Below the pieces are notes generated by a model. That model saw only the letters and a list, made by a program, of their open reading frames with translations. It had not been told where the DNA came from and did not search any database. DNA of 64,000 bases from Octopus vulgaris (lineage: Eukaryota): NCBI GenBank assembly GCA_951406725.2, contig OX597835.1:12028001-12092000 (forward strand). Direction: 5' to 3'. Shown piece after piece: positions 11,311 to 25,515 of this stretch (positions are counted from its first letter, which is position 1; the number at the start of each line of letters is the position of its first letter). Both the position numbers and the translations under genes were made by a program.

Positions 11311-11799
11311 CTCCTTTGGTGTTAATCAATTTTATATAATGACATCTTTGCACACCATGCGATATTTTCGTTCTGTGAAACGGATTAAAAAGCATAGAAA
11401 TAGAAGAAAAATTGAATTCCAATACATTCCAATATCTTTTAAAGAACACTGCACTCAGAGATGCAAAGAGTTGAGAATGCGATGCATTTCTGGATAGAAT
11501 CACCCATGCATGATACGGCGAATTCAAAAACCGCTTCACCGAAATGTTGTATGCAATTAATAGATAACAGGGCGCCCTCTAAAGATATTTAGAATATATA
11601 GACAGGTAAGGGAGATAACTTCGGATATGATATATGAAGCCAAAAATCGAAAGTAACTTACGTGTTTTGGATTTATTCATCCTTCTCAGTGAAATTCACT
11701 GATTTCATTTGGAAAGGCAGACACACAAACACTGATTCATATTAGTGTGCGTGCGTGTGTGTGTATGTAGGTGTGTGTTTGAGAGAGAGAGAGAGAGAG

Positions 11800-11872
<73 letters not shown>

Positions 11873-11907
11873 ATGTGTATGTATGTATGTATGTATGTAT
11901 GCGTGTG

Positions 11908-12291
11908 CGGAGGCGCAATGGCCCATTGGTTAGTGCAGCGGACTCGCGGTCATAGGATCGCGGTTTCGATTCCCAGACCGGGCGTTGTGAGTGTTTATTG
12001 AGTGAAAACACCTAAAAGCTCCACGAGGCTCCGGCAGGGGATGGTGGTGATCCCTGCTGTACTCTTTCCCCACAAATTTCTCTCACTCTTACTTCCTGTT
12101 TCTGTTGTACCTGTATTTCAAAGTGCCGGCCTTGTCACTCTCTGTGTCACGCTGAATATCCCCGAGAACTACGTTAAGGGTACACGTGTCTGTGGAGTGC
12201 TCAGCCACTTACACGTTAATTTCACGAGCAGGCTGTTCCGTTGATTCGGATCAACCGGAACCCTCGTCGTCGTAACCGACGGAGTGCTTCC
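11908..12291 (+). mobile_element. SINE family C (tRNA head GGAGGCGCAATGGCCC..GGTTTCGATTCCC)
   Basis: Three near-identical copies in the window; TSD ATGTATGCGTGT (11895-11906, 12292-12303). Confidence 0.9.
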
Positions 12292-12715
12292 ATGTATGCG
12301 TGTATGTATGTGAACGAGGAATGTTCAAAAACAAGGAAAATACAAGAAAAGGGACAAGTTTTCAGAAAGGTGTAATTAGTTTCGCGTTTGAAAACAGAAA
12401 AAATAAAAGTAAAAGAGGACTTGTTACTTCGGATCTAGAATTCTTCACCAGAAAAAAATGAGGAAAGAAAAAAAGCAGGGTGCTGGAAAGGTGAGAAGAC
12501 AAGAAAAAAAAAGTTCCTTGAGGGCCGGGTGGGAATACAATTCAATGGTGAAGATTTAAGAAGGGAGGAAGATGGGGCGAATTGTCTGCGTATAAAGGAA
12601 GATATAACTGTTTGGAGATGGATCTTGATGGAAGGGTGTAAGCGGTGCGGGATGCAAATGGTTCCCTGAGTATGTAGTGTTGATAAGAGCTTTTTTTTAA
12701 GAGGAAGGGCAATTT

Positions 12716-12860
12716 GATTACATTGAACCTAGTACCTGATTCATCATTATCTTATCGAACCCGAAGAGTTGAAAAGTACAGTTGACCTCTGTTGGATTCG
12801 ATCTCAGAACGAAAAGAGAGGGAAGAAATGCCGCTAAACATTCTCTCCGACGAGCCAACT
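12716..12860 (-). mobile_element. SINE family B, old degenerate copy
   Basis: Diverged match to the family B head and core. Confidence 0.55.
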
Positions 12861-12937
12861 CGACATATGCATGCATATGCGTATGTGAATGTATATGCTT
12901 ACATATATATATATGTGTGTGTATATATATATATATA

Positions 12938-12977
<40 letters not shown>

Positions 12978-13040
12978 TGCATTAATATGTTTGAGATGAC
13001 CTTTATCTGTCCATGCATACGTAATACATAATTATTACAT

Positions 13041-13500
13041 CAGATAAATCTTTTCTAATCAATGGACATGAGAATTTAATCAGTCTTTCGTGACCCGGAT
13101 CAACTTCAAATGTTAACCTCTTTGATAAATTAGTTGTACTGATGACACCGCAACAGTTTTCTTCTGAGCTAACTTACAATCATCTGTTTCCGATTGCCTC
13201 TCGTCGATGGCCAAGTAATTTCACTCTTAATTGAATCAGCTTCACGCGGTCACAGATTTCCTGCAAACGAGACATCTAATTAGTATCATAAGAAAGGTGT
13301 CTACTGATGTTGCCGTAATTAACTCTCTTGTAGAAAATATCTGCAAACATTAGGTTTTGTGGCGCTGCACATAATTTTACATGATTCTAGCAATCGGCCG
13401 TTGATAGTAAATTTCGTACAACAGACAAATCTTCTTTCCAGTGAAGCTTTTGTATCTCGAATGTGCTCGAAGTTTCGAAAAAGGAAGTCAGCATATTCCT
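13041..13500 (-). pseudogene. Possible heavily decayed hAT (Charlie/Buster-like) transposase remnant
   Basis: Minus strand gives an LAIDE motif (cf. SLAxDESTD) and a downstream IKFSCP stretch (cf. I.FHCxxH); otherwise very degraded. Confidence 0.35.
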
Positions 13501-13640
13501 TTGGGATTCATGTGGCTCATTAAGGGATTCTTGAATTTGAAATACCCTGATGCTAAATTAGGCATCTTTTTTAGGACATCTTTCTTTTAGGACTCTTATG
13601 GTTGGTCTCACGATTTCCATTGTATATAAGTGATGGATGG

Positions 13641-14009
13641 ATGGAAGCACTCCGTCGGTTACGACGACGAGGGTTCCGGTTGATCCGAATCAACGGAACA
13701 GCCTGCTCGTGAAATTAACGTGTAAGTGGCTGAGCACTCCACAGACACGTGTACCCTTAACGTAGTTCTCGGTGATATTCAGCGTGACACAGAGAGTGAC
13801 AAGGCCGGCCCTTTGAAATACAGGAAGTAAGAGTGAGAGAAAGTTGTGGTGAAAGAGTACAGCAGGGATCACCACCATCCCCTGCCGGAGCCGCGTGGAG
13901 CTTTAGGTGTTTTCGCTCAATAAACACTCACAACGCCCGGTCTGGGAATTGAAACCGCGATCCTATGACCGCGAGTCCGCTGCCCTAACCACTGGACCAT
14001 TGCTCCTCC
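13641..14009 (-). mobile_element. SINE family C
   Basis: Reverse complement of the 11908 copy; flanking ATATAAGTGAT direct repeat. Confidence 0.9.
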
Positions 14010-14069
14010 ACATATAAGTGATAGAGATGACAAGACTACCTCTTAATGGGTCGCAAACATGTTGCAGGT

Positions 14070-14262
14070 TTCGAGGCCAGTAATTTTTGATAGAAGAGGA
14101 CAAATCGATGACATCGACCCTATTTCTTGACTGGTACTTTATTACATCGATGCTTGAAAGGAGGAAAGCCAACGTTGACTTCGGCGGGATTCCAACCCAG
14201 AATGTAAAGCTGTGCCGCCAAGCATTTTATCTGATTGAAACGATTCTGCCAGCTTGTCGCCT
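14070..14262 (-). mobile_element. SINE family B, old degenerate copy
   Basis: ACATCGACCC...CTGGTACTT...GATTCTGCCAGCTTGTCGCC. Confidence 0.6.
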
Positions 14263-14856
14263 AATGATGTCTGCATTCATTTATTCATATATTTAATTCC
14301 TAGCATCGAAGCTTATAAAATATCTCCTGCGGAACAATTAAATGCATTAATCTCACTGGGCTGCAATTTGGCTTAATGAGCTGTGTTTTGTTTAATAAAA
14401 GTCTGTAGGTGGAGATATAATAGTGAAAGTGTCTCGTTAGAAGAATGGACTACGAGTTGATGTTTCCTCACCTGCTTTATCTTCATAACAAAACCAATTC
14501 CTCCATTGCAACCTTCTGTTTTGTTCTTCTAAAAGGTGGTGTAACATAAAGCGGATTATTGGATGTTTCCTTCTCCTGATTATTTTCGTTTCTCATAAGC
14601 AGCAACAATATAAATCTTCTGCTATGTGTGTTCGGGAATCACAAAGGAAGTTCTCTGACCAGGTCTGTTGTCAGTTAACTTATTATTCAGCAGACGTCTT
14701 ACTTTTTAAGGATGGAACAGTGGCTTCCGACTTCAGACCACATTTTCTATGGCCTTCTCCAAAACTGGGGTGGGCAATGGTGATCCCAAGCAGATTTCCC
14801 TAGATAAAAACACAAGCCTGAAATTCCAAGTATTCACATGATTCACCAAGGCAGCC

Positions 14857-14904
<48 letters not shown>

Positions 14905-15003
14905 TAATCCAAACATGAAAACACAAATAGAAAACACAGCAACGTGAGGACGTGGAACAAATATAGTATTATTGGACGCTCAGGAAGGAATGGAAGAAGG
15001 AGG

Positions 15004-15038
15004 GTTCAACGTTTCGAGCGGAGCTCTTCGTCGGAAAC
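15004..15038 (-). ncRNA. Minimal type-I hammerhead ribozyme motif (U4C variant) in a (TA)n-flanked element, 14901-15108
   Basis: GUUU-CCGACGA-A-GAGC UCC GCUC-GAAA-CGU-U-GAAC; palindromic ACGU helix III. Confidence 0.65.
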
Positions 15039-15105
15039 ATAGGAGAAGGAAAGATCCAGAGAAGGGAAGACAGAGGAAAGAAATCGCCAACGGTACACAC
15101 GCGGT

Positions 15106-15162
<57 letters not shown>

Positions 15163-15940
15163 CCAATGTACACGGATATGTATTGGCTGTACCAATTCAT
15201 GTCTTTAAATATCGTTATATTTAGCAATTTCGATATTAGTACAAACATATTTTCCATTTGTTAATTAATAACACCTACAGCTATATAAAAAATTGTTTAT
15301 CTCTCACTATTTTTTTAGTCCACATTTTAGTCAGACACATCTTTAAACAACATTCTCTGATTCGACACAACAGTAGACAATCGTCGATACGTTCGCAGGG
15401 GTGGAATAAAAACTTTTTCTACTACTAATTAGGCAAATGCATTTTAGCTATAAATTTCGCATTAATTATGAAAATAATGATGAAATAATGAAATTAGAAA
15501 TTATAGGAATATACATAGAAAAGAAATTTTGTTGTATCTCGGGCGGGTCATTATGCTAATAATTTGCAGGTGAATTTTTCTGTATATTTTAGCATTGTAC
15601 GTTCGGTTGTTGGACTAACAGAAAACAGACCTACGACTAACAGAAAATTAGTTATTATGTATTCAACTAATATTAATACCTATAATGTAGTTTCTCATTT
15701 AGAAGCTGCTTAAATCCAGAAAGAGAATATCCCCAAAACAGGATATGTAATTTCTATATAGACCGTGAAAACATAAAACGCAAAGATGGCATTAGCAGGA
15801 TTCGAAACCAGCGCAGAAAAATCCGGAACGCAAACGGCAAAGTATTCAATCGAGCAACCTCAAAGTACCGAGAATTCGCAATTATCACTAATTGGACTAA
15901 AATTAGACTAAAATTGTATGTACATAAATATATAAATGGT

Positions 15941-16052
15941 CTGGCTGTGTAGTAAAACGTTTGCGTCCCAAAAACATGGTTCCGGCTCCAGTCCCACTGC
16001 GTGGAACCTTGTAAGTGAATTTGATAGACGGAAACTAAAAGAAGTCCGTCGT
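15941..16052 (+). mobile_element. SINE family A head fragment with internal deletion
   Basis: TGGCTGTGTAGTAA...CAGTCCCACTGCGTGG joined to GTGAATTTGATAGACGGAAACT. Confidence 0.7.
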
Positions 16053-16197
16053 ATAAATATATAGATATAGATATAGATATATTACGGAGATGTACTTGCA
16101 TAGCGAGTGACTTGATCTGAGATCGTGTGCTGGAACGAAAACAATTGCAGTGCGGAAGGTGTTTATAAGCCATTTAAGAAACACACAAAAACCGTTA

Positions 16198-16353
16198 GAT
16201 TCACTTCAACTTTTAAATTTAATTTGTCAAAATATTTTCGTCGCTTTGAGACTGACAAAACTTCGTGTTGCACGAAGTTTTGTTAGTGAACAGGTCGCGG
16301 TATCAAAGCGACGAAAATATTTTGACAAATTAAATTTGAAATTTTGAAGTGAA
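16198..16353. repeat. Palindrome formed by two inverted copies of the element end (element ~16082-16353)
   Basis: ATTCACTTCAA..AAATTTAATTTGTCAAAATATTTTCGTCGCTTTGA and its reverse complement; centre CTTCGTG TTG CACGAAG. Confidence 0.9.
16279..16329 (+). ncRNA. Minimal type-I hammerhead motif, G3:C8 variant
   Basis: UUUGUUA-GUGAACA-G-GUCGC(9 nt)GCGAC-GAAA-AUAUU-U-UGACAAA; 7-bp stem I, palindromic AAUAUU helix III. Confidence 0.6.
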
Positions 16354-16739
16354 TTTTGAAGTAATTACAGGTAGATGGACTGTACTAACATGAGTTTTTG
16401 ATATAGATAAAGATATATACATATTAAAGAGAAAAAGAGAAGACAGAATGTACCAACAAAATAAATTTATATTACCACAATAATTGTTTCGAATTTTCCT
16501 GCTCCCTTGTGGGCGTGGAACGATGCTATAGCACCAGATGCAATTCACAGTGCACAGAAGACTCACCAGGTGTAATAATAAGGTTTTAAACTGGGAGATT
16601 TACATCAGAGTTTTGCTGTATTGAGAGATTTTAACAGTTAGACAGACGCACAGACAAACAGATGCGCACATTCATACGTTTAAGTCAATGCAAAGACATA
16701 TAGACGCACAGATTAATAACAATACTTGTGGGCGCACGC

Positions 16740-16790
<51 letters not shown>

Positions 16791-16799
16791 CACACCTAC

Positions 16800-17185
16800 A
16801 TCATCGTCATCATTGTTCGACCGTAGTCGAGACAATGGAATTTACTATGTTACGCCAGACTTCACGGTCCATCATGGCATTACGGAGGTCCTGTTGCTGG
16901 ATGCCTGTATCCCTGGAGATTACATCAGAGTAGGAGAGTGTGCGCCCTCTGGTGTTGCGAGTAGATGGCTTCCAGAGGAGAAGAGTAGAAATTACTTCTT
17001 TTTCAGCTCTACAACAATGTCCAGCAAACTGGACTCTCCTACCTTTCACAAGAGATGACACAGGTGGTAGTTTCCCATATATTTGCAGTTTGGTTGGATG
17101 GCGCCTCCACGAGAGATTTTGAGCTCTCATAAGGAGGCGAGTGTAGGTTCCATCCAACCGCCTCTCAAGCAGAAACGATGTTAAC
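16800..17185 (-). mobile_element. 5'-truncated RTE-like LINE 3' end (ORF2 C-terminus + GAT-repeat tail)
   Basis: ERRLDGTYTRLLMRAQNLSWRRHPT...RRVQFAGHCCRA...LLWKP...RGR...DREVWR is the typical RTE C-terminal pattern; stop at 16810, followed by TGACGATGA. Confidence 0.85.
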
Positions 17186-17230
17186 AACAAACAAGATGAG
17201 GACAAATATCCTTCAAATGTAAATAATATG

Positions 17231-17282
<52 letters not shown>

Positions 17283-17291
<9 letters not shown>

Positions 17292-17540
17292 ATGTATTAT
17301 GTATGTATGAATGGATGTGTGTGTGTCTTTGTGCCCGCGCTTGTCCTCCATTACCGCATGACAACCGGTGTTGGTGTGTTTACATCCCTGTAACATAGCA
17401 GTTCAGCCAAAGAAACTGATAAATACTAGCTTTAAAAAAAAAGACCCGGGGGCGATTTTTTCTACTACAACCCCTCAAGGCAGTGTGCTCCAGCATCGCC
17501 GCAGTCAAATGACTGAAGCACGTAAAAGAATAAAGGAATA
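17283..17540 (+). mobile_element. SINE family A 3' half
   Basis: GACAACCGGTGTTGGTGTGTTTAC...GCAGTCAAATGACTGAA. Confidence 0.7.
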
Positions 17541-19054
17541 AGATAATAGAGAGAAGTTATAGAGGGGGAATAGAGCTACAAAAAAACATACAACACTACG
17601 ATAAAAATAGTTTTAGGTATAATTCAGATAACATTCGAAAGGATTAAAATAAATAGAAGAAAAACAAATTTCATCTGACAACCCATAAGTCCAGAAGGAT
17701 TAACGAACAGGTGTGCAGAAGGAATGTTTAACAGTTTGGTTTCTATAAGTAATTACAGGTAGATGGACTGTACTAATGTGAGTCTTTCGTTTCTTTGTTG
17801 GAAAGAGAACGTGGTTTGAAAATGATGTGCCAATCTGAGAGCGTTCACTAGAGATATGCGGTAATATATATTATATATAGTTATGCAGATTAAAATATTA
17901 CGATTATCAAATTTGTCGATAGAAATATGAATACGGTCTAATGCAGCATCTCCTTGTGTTGTCTTGTAACACAAATTCTTTAGTTATTTATGTATATTCT
18001 TTTTAACGAATTATGTTTTTTAATATAAATTTACCTTCAAATCTAAATTGATTTTTACATCATAGAAATTCAATGTTCCGATAATAGCAGTAGATTTTAA
18101 AGCAATTTTACTATACGTATTAAACTTGATTGCGTTTATCTAGATTAATAGAAAGATAAGATATCACATTCAGAATTTTAACATATTGCTGACCTATGTT
18201 AAACAGTGTTCTTCATTAAAAATACCTATATATTATTCATAACCATGTGTAGCCATTTTACACTGTGTTTATATTATTATGTTGGCTTCACGTCACTGGT
18301 GATATCGGTGTTGAAGTTAGTATATCACATTTTTAATATATTTAGACTCCAACTATGATTTGTGAGATAATAATTGCAGATATTACTAATGGCTTGTTGA
18401 AGAATATGTAAATCAGCGAGCTAAAATTTATTTAAAGTGTCTTGGGCGAAATGAAGTCGAACAATGGAATCAATAAAGCAAAGCTCTTCGGTCGCGTCGC
18501 CAATTCACTATAATACAGAGTTCAGGTTAATTATGCTGGCAACCATGTGTATTGAGGAATGTGACGACCATGCCATGGTAATTCAATTAAATTATAAATT
18601 TAAATGAATTCTATGTATAGTTATAAGAAATTTTCACTGTATATATTTCAACAGACTTAGCTGCGCTTACGTTTTAATTCTTATGTAGAATTTGAGGAAA
18701 TTTATCAATAAAAAGTCAGAGAAAGTAATTTCAGTTTTAAAAGAAATGAAATTATATTCTACACATTATCAAATTATCGAAAAATTAAATTATTTTCAAT
18801 ATTAATTATGACGACAAGTTACATAGTATAGACGACACACACCAGAGCGCAAGTATAGAGGCTACAGCACGCAAGCACGCACACACGCGCACACACACGC
18901 ACATTCACACACACGCACATTCACACACACGCACATTCACACACACGCACACACACACAAACACACACACATATATTAATTTTTCACTTAGTCATAGTAA
19001 TACTAATAACTAGGTGTTAGAACTCGATCTTTTGTCACGCGCTTTCTCTCTCTC

Positions 19055-19085
<31 letters not shown>

Positions 19086-19116
19086 ATGTGTGTCTGTTTG
19101 TCTGTGTGACTGTATG

Positions 19117-19157
<41 letters not shown>

Positions 19158-19495
19158 GTATATATATGTATATGTATATACTCAAGTACACAGATAGATA
19201 CACGTGTACATGAGTGTGCGCAGAACAAAGTGAAAAGCAAGTCCTGATATTCTGGTATGTTAATGCATTTAATACTCGTTGTTTGAGAAGTTACGTAAGC
19301 GTGCTTGCATATAAACCTCCTCAGTCGAAACTTTTTAAATAGCAAGACATTATTTAAGAACATTCTGGCATAAATACACGAAGTAAATTTATTAAACGTA
19401 TTCAAAATATTAGAATATCAAGATTTAGTTTTGTCTGTAGCCTATATGTTATGAATCTCTTTCATAACGGTCTAGCCTATCCGAGCTTATATAAC

Positions 19496-19627
19496 ACGGC
19501 TGTGTGGTAAGTAGCTTGTTTACCAACCACATGGTACCAAGTTCAGTCCCACTGCGTGGCACCTTGGGCAAGTGTCTTCTACTATATCTTCAAGCCGACG
19601 AAAATCTTGTGAGTGGATTTGGTAGAG
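19496..19627 (+). mobile_element. SINE family A 5' fragment
   Basis: GGCTGTGTGGTAAGTAGCTTG...GGCACCTTGGGCAAGTGTC...GAGTGGATTTGGTAGA. Confidence 0.8.
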
Positions 19628-19874
19628 GTCAATAATGTGAATAAATCGCAGTTAAAACGGAGAGGGTTTAAAACGCTTATTTGCCTAGAAATAGCAGTCA
19701 AAACTTCCATAAAGCCACTATAAATGCTCATATCCTTTTTCCTCAACCATAAACACCCTCGGCAGGCGACATGACATATAAAATTCAAAACTTAAATAAA
19801 AAAAATAAAAGGTTAGTCCTCACTTGCAGTTTCGAAGTTTGGAAATAAAAATGGATCTTCAGAACATTCATACA

Positions 19875-20289
19875 CTCTCTTTACTCTTTTACTCTTTTAC
19901 TTGTTTCAGTCATTTGACTGCGGCCATGCTGGAGCACCGCCTTTAATCGAGCAACTCGACCCCGGGACTTATTCTTTTGTAAGCTCAGTACTTATTCTAT
20001 CGGTCTCTTTTGCCGAACCGCTAAGTAACAGGGACATAAACACACCAGCATCGGTTGTCAAGCAATGCTAGGGGGACAAACACAGACACACAAACAGACA
20101 CGCGTACATATATATACATATATACGACGGGTTTCTTTCAGTTTCCGTCTACCAAATCCACTCACAAGGCTTTGGTCGGCCCGAGGCTATAGTAGAAGAC
20201 ACTTGCCCAAGGTGCCACGCAGTGGGACTGAAATCGGAATCATGTGGTTGGTAAACAAGCTACTTACCACACAGCCACGCCTGCGCCTA
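19875..20289 (-). mobile_element. SINE family A, full length
   Basis: Colinear with the other family A copies from head to tail. Confidence 0.9.
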
Positions 20290-20749
20290 TATACATAGAT
20301 TTTAGCACAAAAAAATATACATTGGGGCTTAACATGTGTCCCGACCGGCAAGAATGTGTCAACGACTATCTACACAATTCAAATTCTGAATTCGTAAGTT
20401 GAATATAGACTGATAGATAGATGGAGAGATAGATATATAGATACATAAATACATACGTACATACATACATACATGTACACATGTAAGTGTATATATACAT
20501 CCATATAGAAATATATTATATTATATTGTATTATATTAAATGTCATGAGCAATTTAGAACGAAATGATTCAAATGTAGTTTGATTCCAGCGTATCTTTAT
20601 TTTTTGTTCATATTAGATTTTCAAAATGGTATTTACCTTGATAGAACGTTGAATTTTGAATATGCTTTTTATTAAAAGTCACAGACGCTATGTTCTGAAG
20701 TGTGATACGTAAATGTATTTCTCAGTATACGTATTTTGTATAAGGCAAC

Positions 20750-20774
20750 AATATATATGTCTATGTATATATAC

Positions 20775-20823
<49 letters not shown>

Positions 20824-20860
20824 GATATATATATATATATACATAGATATATATATATAC

Positions 20861-20951
<91 letters not shown>

Positions 20952-21222
20952 TAGATATAGATATAGATAGATAGATATAGATATATATATAGATATATAT
21001 ACATATATATATATAGATAGATAGATAGATACAGAGAAAAATATAGATACATATACATATAAATGGATAGACAGATATAGATATATGGATAGATACATAC
21101 ATATGTATATGTGTGTGTGTATGTAGTATGTATATACATATATATATACATATACATATATATATAAGTATATGTTTATTTGCATGTATACACACACACA
21201 AACACATATATATATACATATA

Positions 21223-21281
<59 letters not shown>

Positions 21282-21620
21282 GTATATATATATGTGTGTG
21301 TGTGTGAGTGTGTGTGTATAGATATATATTTATATATAGATTAGAGAAGAACCACCATGTAGCAATTCAACAATGTATTATTATTATTATTATTGTTATT
21401 ATTATTGTTGTTGTTGTTGTTATTATTATTATTATGCATATATATATATATTTATTATGTATGTATATGTATATGTATATATATATACTTGTATATACAC
21501 AAATACACATTTGCTTACATATATATCTAAACACAGACACATACAGACATATATACACACATATTTATGTATATGCATACAATTATATGACTACATATAT
21601 ATAAGCACGCATGCGTACAT
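20750..21620. repeat. Compound (TA)n-dominated microsatellite field
   Basis: Seen directly. Confidence 0.95.
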
Positions 21621-22141
21621 GTATATATATTTCAATATGATAATGATTAGCCACAGTGTGAAAATGGTTTTGTGAAAATTTTCAACTATTTCGAACCATT
21701 TACCTTTGTTTTTGCTTCTTTGTTGTTTTTTGTTTTATTTATGGAATTCCATAGATTCGTTATTTACTTGACTGGTTGCATTCTTCCTCATATGGTTTTC
21801 TATTTATATATTTTCTTTGGCCTTCATTTATGCAAGGAATCTCTTTTGGTATTCTCTTAAACGCTTCGCAACATGGAACTAAAATACAGTGAAAAACATT
21901 TTTCATTCGAAATAAAATAATTGGTAATGTTTTGCATTTAGTTAATGTTGCATTAAGGATGTTTCCGATAGAAATTCTCATTTCTTCTTTGAGAAAATGA
22001 ATAAAAAAATAATATATGTGCTATATCTTAAAATATTTCTTCAAAACTTTATAAAATATTTTCAAATTATATAAATAGAAATCAAGTACTAAGTACTATT
22101 AAAGAAGTCCCACTCACACATATGTATATGTGTACATATAC

Positions 22142-22210
<69 letters not shown>

Positions 22211-22239
22211 TATAAATATATTGTTATATTTCGGAATGG

Positions 22240-22375
<136 letters not shown>

Positions 22376-22783
22376 GTACACATACACACACACATATATG
22401 TATGTATGTACACACGCATACATATCGAATATACCCAGGAATTGGTTGGCCTGTGATATTAAGCAGAGGTGAAGAAATGCGCGAGAAATGAGAGGTGGAA
22501 AAAAAAAGGGGGAAAGTAACGAAAATTCAACTTTTTCACATGACTGGATTTTATGATCAATATCTTTGTTTCCATGACGAAACTGAGGTAAAGGAAGCCA
22601 GAAGTAAAACCAAATGGTATGAAACGAACGTAAGAGAAAGCAATAGAACAAAGTGTTGGAAATACTGTAGAAATAAAAAAAATAATATCAACGTCTGTTA
22701 TTTCGTTACTTTCTCTGGCTTCAGCTTAAACAATTTGGTAACGACGCAATGGAGGTATGTTTCTTCTACATTATTACTGTTCA

Positions 22784-22935
22784 TAGCAGCAGCAGCAGCA
22801 GCTGCTGCAGCTGTAGTAGTAGTAGTGGTGGTGGTGGTGGTGGTGGTGGTGGTGGTGGTGGTGGTAGTATTAGTATTAGTAGTAGTAGTAGTAGTATTAG
22901 AAGTAGTAGTTGTGGTGGTGGTGGTGGTAGTATTA

Positions 22936-22966
<31 letters not shown>

Positions 22967-23067
22967 AAGTAGTTATTGTGGTGGTGGCGGTGGTAGTAAT
23001 AGTAGTAGTAGTAATAGTAGTAGTAGTAGTAGTAATAATAGTAGTAGTAGTAGTAGTAGTAGTAGTT

Positions 23068-23102
<35 letters not shown>

Positions 23103-23175
23103 TGTTGTTGTTGTGGTGGTGGTGGTAGTAGTAGTAGTGGCAGTAGTAGTAGTGGTAGTAGTAGTAGTAGTAGTG

Positions 23176-23228
<53 letters not shown>
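22784..23228. repeat. Compound (GCA)n/(GTG)n/(GTA)n trinucleotide tract
   Basis: Seen directly. Confidence 0.95.
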
Positions 23229-23229
<1 letters not shown>

Positions 23230-23620
23230 TGCATACTATTCTCGTATTTGTTGATGCGCATATGTATATATATATATATATGCATGCATGCATGAATGCA
23301 TGTATGCATTTGTGTGTGTATGTGTAAGCGTGTCTATGTGTTTGTGTATGTGTGTGCGTGCGTGTGTGCGTGAGTGTGTACGCGTATAAGTTTTGAGAAG
23401 GAAATTGGTTTTGCACGCTACTCTGCCTATGAATTCAATATAATGAGACAAGTGAAAAACACGACTAAACGAAACGAAACGATAACACTCGGCTACAGAC
23501 TTGTTTCGAGCATAAAAATATTATGTGTGTGTGTGTGTGTGTGTGTGTATTCATATATATATATTTCCCCAATATACGTATATATACAGACATATAAATA
23601 TATATATATATATATATATG

Positions 23621-24028
<408 letters not shown>

Positions 24029-24542
24029 CGAAGGTTTATAATGGACGCAGGTTGTGTGTCAAATAGGCTAGCTTGAGGTGGTGGCCTCTTGGAGCTAATC
24101 AGCGACAGCTTTAATCTTATATTTATAAGACTGCCATATAAGTATGGCAATAACTATTAATTTCCAGTAACGCTGCCGTAATCTCCTTTAGAGAGACTTA
24201 GTAATTTTAATATTTCTATTATATATATATATCTTTATATCCATATATTGGCGGTCGTACAGACAGTGTATGTGTTTTGTTTATATGGCGGCAATTTGGT
24301 GTGGTAAGTACATACATACACTTATTTTATTTGGGTGTCTAAAAATTCACTACGGAATACAGCCACAACCAACTCACATTTTTAGCCATTTTAATAAATT
24401 CATGAACCAAATAAAGATCGACATTTAGTGAAAAACCTACGGATTCCAAACATTGTCTTCCATTCATGCCATCCCATGTCAAGCACACCATATTATTTGT
24501 TCGTTATAACGAAAGGAAATGGCAGTATCTGATGCAAACATC

Positions 24543-25515
24543 AGGCGGCGAGCTGGCAGAAACGTTAAGGCGCCGGGCGAAATGCTTAGCGGTATTTCGT
24601 CTGTCGTTACGTTGTGAGTTCAAATTCCGCCGAGGTCGACTTTGCCTTTCATCATTTCGGGGTCGATAAATTAAGTACCAGTTACGCACTGGGGTCGATG
24701 TAATCGCCTTAATACCTATGTCTGTCCTTGTTTGTCCCCTCTGTGTTTAGCCCCTTGTGGGTAATATAGAAATAGGTATTTCGTCTGCCATTACGTTGTG
24801 AGTTCAAATTCCGCCGAGGTCGACTTTGCCTTTCATCCTTTCGGGGTCGATAAATTAAGTACCAGTTACGCACTGGGGTCGATGTAATCGCCTTAATACC
24901 TATGTCTGTCCTTGTTTGTCCCCTCTGTGTTTAGCCCCTTGTGGGTAATATAGAAATAGGTATTTCGTCTGCCATTACGTTGTGAGTTCAAATTCCGCCG
25001 AGGTCGACTTTGCCTTTCATCCTTTCGGGGTCGATAAATTAAGTACCAGTTACGCACTGGGGTCGATGTAATCGCCTTAATACCTATGTCTGTCCTTGTT
25101 TGTCCCCTCTGTGCTTAGCCCCTTGTGGGTAATATAGAAATAGGTATTTCGTCTGCCATTACGTTGTGAGTTCAAATTCCGCCGAGATCGACTTTGCCTT
25201 TCATCCTTTCGAGGTCGATAAATTAAGTACCAGTTACGCACTGGGGTCGATGTAATCGCCTTAATACCTATGTCTGTCCTTGTTTGTCCCCTCTGTGTTT
25301 AGCCCCTTGTGGGTAATATAGAAATAGGTATTTCGTCTGCCATTACGTTGTGAGTTCAAATTCCGCCGAGGTCGACTTTGCCTTTCATCCTTTCGGGGTC
25401 GATAAATTAAGTACCAGTTACGCACTGGGGTCGATGTAATCGCCTTAATACCTATGTCTGTCCTTGTTTGTCCCCTCTATGTTTAGCCCCTTGTGGGTAA
25501 TAAAGAAATAGGTAT
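24543..25515 (+). mobile_element. SINE family B concatemer: one head + 5 tandem 184-bp units
   Basis: Units start at GGTATTTCG 24591, 24775, 24959, 25143, 25327. One TSD pair GTATC(T/G)GATGCAAACATC at 24525-24542 and 25512-25529. Confidence 0.92.

Noticed and set aside
11655-11693. Minus-strand CTGAGA-A-GGAT..ATCC-AAAACACGTA, possible dead hammerhead
   Set aside because: Two core lesions; cannot be distinguished from chance without a family consensus.
12310-12710. Purine-rich stretch that may be a decayed CR1/Jockey 3' end (minus strand)
   Set aside because: No motif recoverable with confidence by eye.
24591-25511. Regular repeat array that could be mistaken for CRISPR
   Set aside because: No unique spacers, 184-bp units, eukaryotic SINE-derived.
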